Shown here: positions 61,966 to 64,000 of the stretch, one piece after another
How positions within the stretch are numbered: position 1 is the first letter of the stretch
Layout of the letters: each line of letters begins with the position of its first letter
The notes under the pieces: model-generated
Seen by the model: the letters and a program-made list of their open reading frames with translations, nothing else
The model's database searches: none
Told to the model about the DNA's origin: nothing
Program-made: the position numbers and the translations under genes
DNA from: Sphyrna mokarran
Taxonomy: Eukaryota
Direction of reading: 5' to 3'
Length of the DNA: 64,000 nt
Assembly: GCA_024679065.1 (NCBI GenBank)
Contig: JAGIQG010000021.1
Coordinates: 34,100,001-34,164,000, forward strand

Positions 61966-62529
61966 ATGTCGGAGGAGGGAGGCTGCGAGTGCCCGGTCTG
62001 CTACGAGAGGGTGTCTCGCCAGAACCAGTCGCTGAGGACACTGAGCTGCAACCACATCTTCTGCCACGACTGCCTGGTCAAGACGGTGCTCAATCAGGAC
62101 AGCGAGCCCAACAAGTTGGTGTGCCCGGTCTGCAGGCACGTCACCTTCCTGAGCAGGAGAGGGGTGCTGTGGAGCGCCCGCGGCAGAGAGGGCAAGCAGA
62201 CGCTGGAGATCCCGCTGCCTCCCCCTGCTGCCCCGGAGCTTCCCCGTGCCGCCGCTCCTCCGCGCTCCTTCCTCCACCGCCTGCTGGCCAGCTGCCCCTG
62301 GACTCTGGGCTCCGCCCGCCGGCCGGCGCCGGCCCCCCGCCAGGTATTCGTGATCAGCGGCCGGGGCCGACCCATGAGCGAGGAGGAGCTGCGAGGCGCG
62401 CCCGGCGAGGACGGGCTGGTGCTGGAGCACCGGCGCTGCAGGCTGCGCTGGGTGCTGGTGCTGCTCTGCTTCATCATCATCGGGGCAGTGGTGGCTGCCA
62501 TCCTGCCCTGGGTCACCTCCTTCAGATAA
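61966..62529 (+). CDS. RNF222: RING finger protein 222 (RING-HC E3 ligase with a C-terminal membrane anchor), single coding exon
   Basis: ECPVCYE..RTLSCNHIFCHDCLVK...LVCPVCRHVTFLS, QTLEIP, QVFVISGRGRP and TM ...AVVAAILPWV all parallel human RNF222; GC-rich; divergent from NDEL1 as in human. Confidence 0.93.
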   Translation: MSEEGGCECPVCYERVSRQNQSLRTLSCNHIFCHDCLVKTVLNQDSEPNKLVCPVCRHVTFLSRRGVLWSARGREGKQTLEIPLPPPAAPELPRAAAPPRSFLHRLLASCPWTLGSARRPAPAPRQVFVISGRGRPMSEEELRGAPGEDGLVLEHRRCRLRWVLVLLCFIIIGAVVAAILPWVTSFR

Positions 62530-63019
62530 AGACAGCGCTTGGTGAGGGCGGTGGGGGTTGCAGTGAAGGCGGTGGACAGTCCCTGGGCAGGGGACGACAG
62601 ACAGACATTTCACAGAGAGACACCCAGACAGCACAGCCTGGATTTGGACTTTTCACCTGCTACACTTCTATTTCATTCTCCAGGAATGTACTCCCCACAG
62701 GGATGGGCCAGTTGCAGAAAATACTAATTGCACTTGTACAGAAATCCTTTTTGCATTTTTTTATATTGTAATTATTAAAACTGTGATCGGTTGTCAACTC
62801 TTTAAGGCTAATTACTGATCTTATTGGCAAGTTGTTTGTTATAAATATTTGGGAGATAATGTAGCCCTGTATTATCAGTAGATTTGTCAAATTGTTATTT
62901 AACACTGGTAAATTAATCATAACTGCATTCCTGGCTTCTGCAGTGGTTGTTATGTTTACACACCACCCAGAATACATCCTGAAAAAGTTATAAGCTCTAT
63001 TTAGCTACAGCAATTACAT

Positions 63020-63307
63020 TTTATTTATTAATGTCGCAAGTAGGCTTATATTAACACTGCAATGAAGTTACTGTAAAAATCACCTTGTTGTCACGCTCCT
63101 GTGTGGGTACACGGAGGGAGAATTTAGCGTGGCTAATGCATCTAACCAGCACATCTTTTGGACTGTGGGAGGAAACTGAAGCACCCAGAGGAAACTCACA
63201 CAGATACAGGGAAAACATCTAGATTCTACACAGGTGGTGACCTAAGCCGGGAATAACCCAGGTCTCTGGTGCTGTGAGCAGCAGTGTTAACCACTGTGTC
63301 ACCATGC
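63020..63307 (-). mobile_element. V-SINE
   Basis: Tail, V-domain and head all present. Confidence 0.85.
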
Positions 63308-63339
63308 GACACATTGGGAGACAGCCAATAGTATTCTCA

Positions 63340-63760
63340 ACTTTGACTTTGAAAGCTATGTTTGAGCATTTTTTCAGCACTTGACCTCATTGTTTAGGCT
63401 CCTATACTGCTACAGAAATGCTATATGTGCCAATGGTTCCCCTTGTTTGGCTTCGAGCCAAGGACCTGTCTGCCTGCTCCCCGAATTCAGATGTGAGCTA
63501 TTCATGATGATATTCGAAGAGGAGCTGTGGGAGTTCTAATTCTTTTTTATCCAATGTTCCTCACTCAATTGACACTACCCAGAAATTCTAGATTGAGATG
63601 TTATTCTTCCTGCTGTTTGGGGGAGAGTGTTACTGCTCAGTGGATGCTGCAGTTGGCTGCACAAAACACTCAGTGCATTTCAGAGCAATTCATTGTATGT
63701 AAGTGTCTCAGAAATTTGATAAAGTGCTTTGTATATAAATGCGGGTATTGTACATTGTAT
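63340..63760 (+). mobile_element. Decayed Deu-SINE
   Basis: agccaaggacctgtctgcctgctc...tattcgaagaggagc..gggagttct; aaagtgctttgtatataaatgc tail. Confidence 0.5.
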
Positions 63761-64000
63761 CAGACACAACACTAGGAAAGCATTGTAGCAATATATTGAA
63801 GTAACCATCAAAAGGAACATTCTGATTCTGAGTACGAGAACGATGATCTCAAGATTTAACAAAAAATATATTCTTATCTGTGCGTAAAGCCAACATTTGT
63901 TATACATTGCTAATTATCACTGAGAAGATGGTAGTGAGCTGTCTTCTGATATTGCTGCAGTCTCTGTACTGAAGGTATCCCCATAATGTTGCTCAGTAGG

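Noticed and set aside
61872-62771. Overlapping 299-aa (+), 250-aa (-) and 140-aa (-) ORFs
   Set aside because: Shadow frames of the GC-rich RNF222 exon

Overview
Eukaryotic vertebrate DNA, almost certainly a shark (cartilaginous fish), judged from the HE1/V-SINE, SacSINE1-like Deu-SINE and CR1-rich repeat landscape. Two host genes lie head-to-head, as in human 17p13. NDEL1 is on the minus strand, with a CpG-island promoter and non-coding exon 1 at about 19.1-19.3 kb and a first coding exon at 2620-2717; the rest of the gene is off the left edge. RNF222 is a single coding exon on the plus strand at 61966-62529. The remainder is mostly transposon-derived: CR1, L2 and Rex1/Babar LINE fragments, many SINEs, Gypsy remnants, a solo LTR, Harbinger MITEs and a transposase relic, and Penelope-like pieces. 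Highlights: (1) short fold-back Penelope-derived elements that carry minimal hammerhead ribozymes, one with an intact core inserted (12-bp TSD) in the NDEL1 promoter in the divergent orientation; (2) a short retroposon with a U2 snRNA 5' segment and a 22-bp TSD, with a second decayed copy; (3) a CR1 subfamily with a V-SINE built into its 3' UTR; (4) a 2.5-kb CAG-derived minisatellite with long open frames, abutting a Harbinger transposase relic; (5) three local templated duplications. Family assignments come from motif recognition by eye, not database searches, and most repeat boundaries are approximate.
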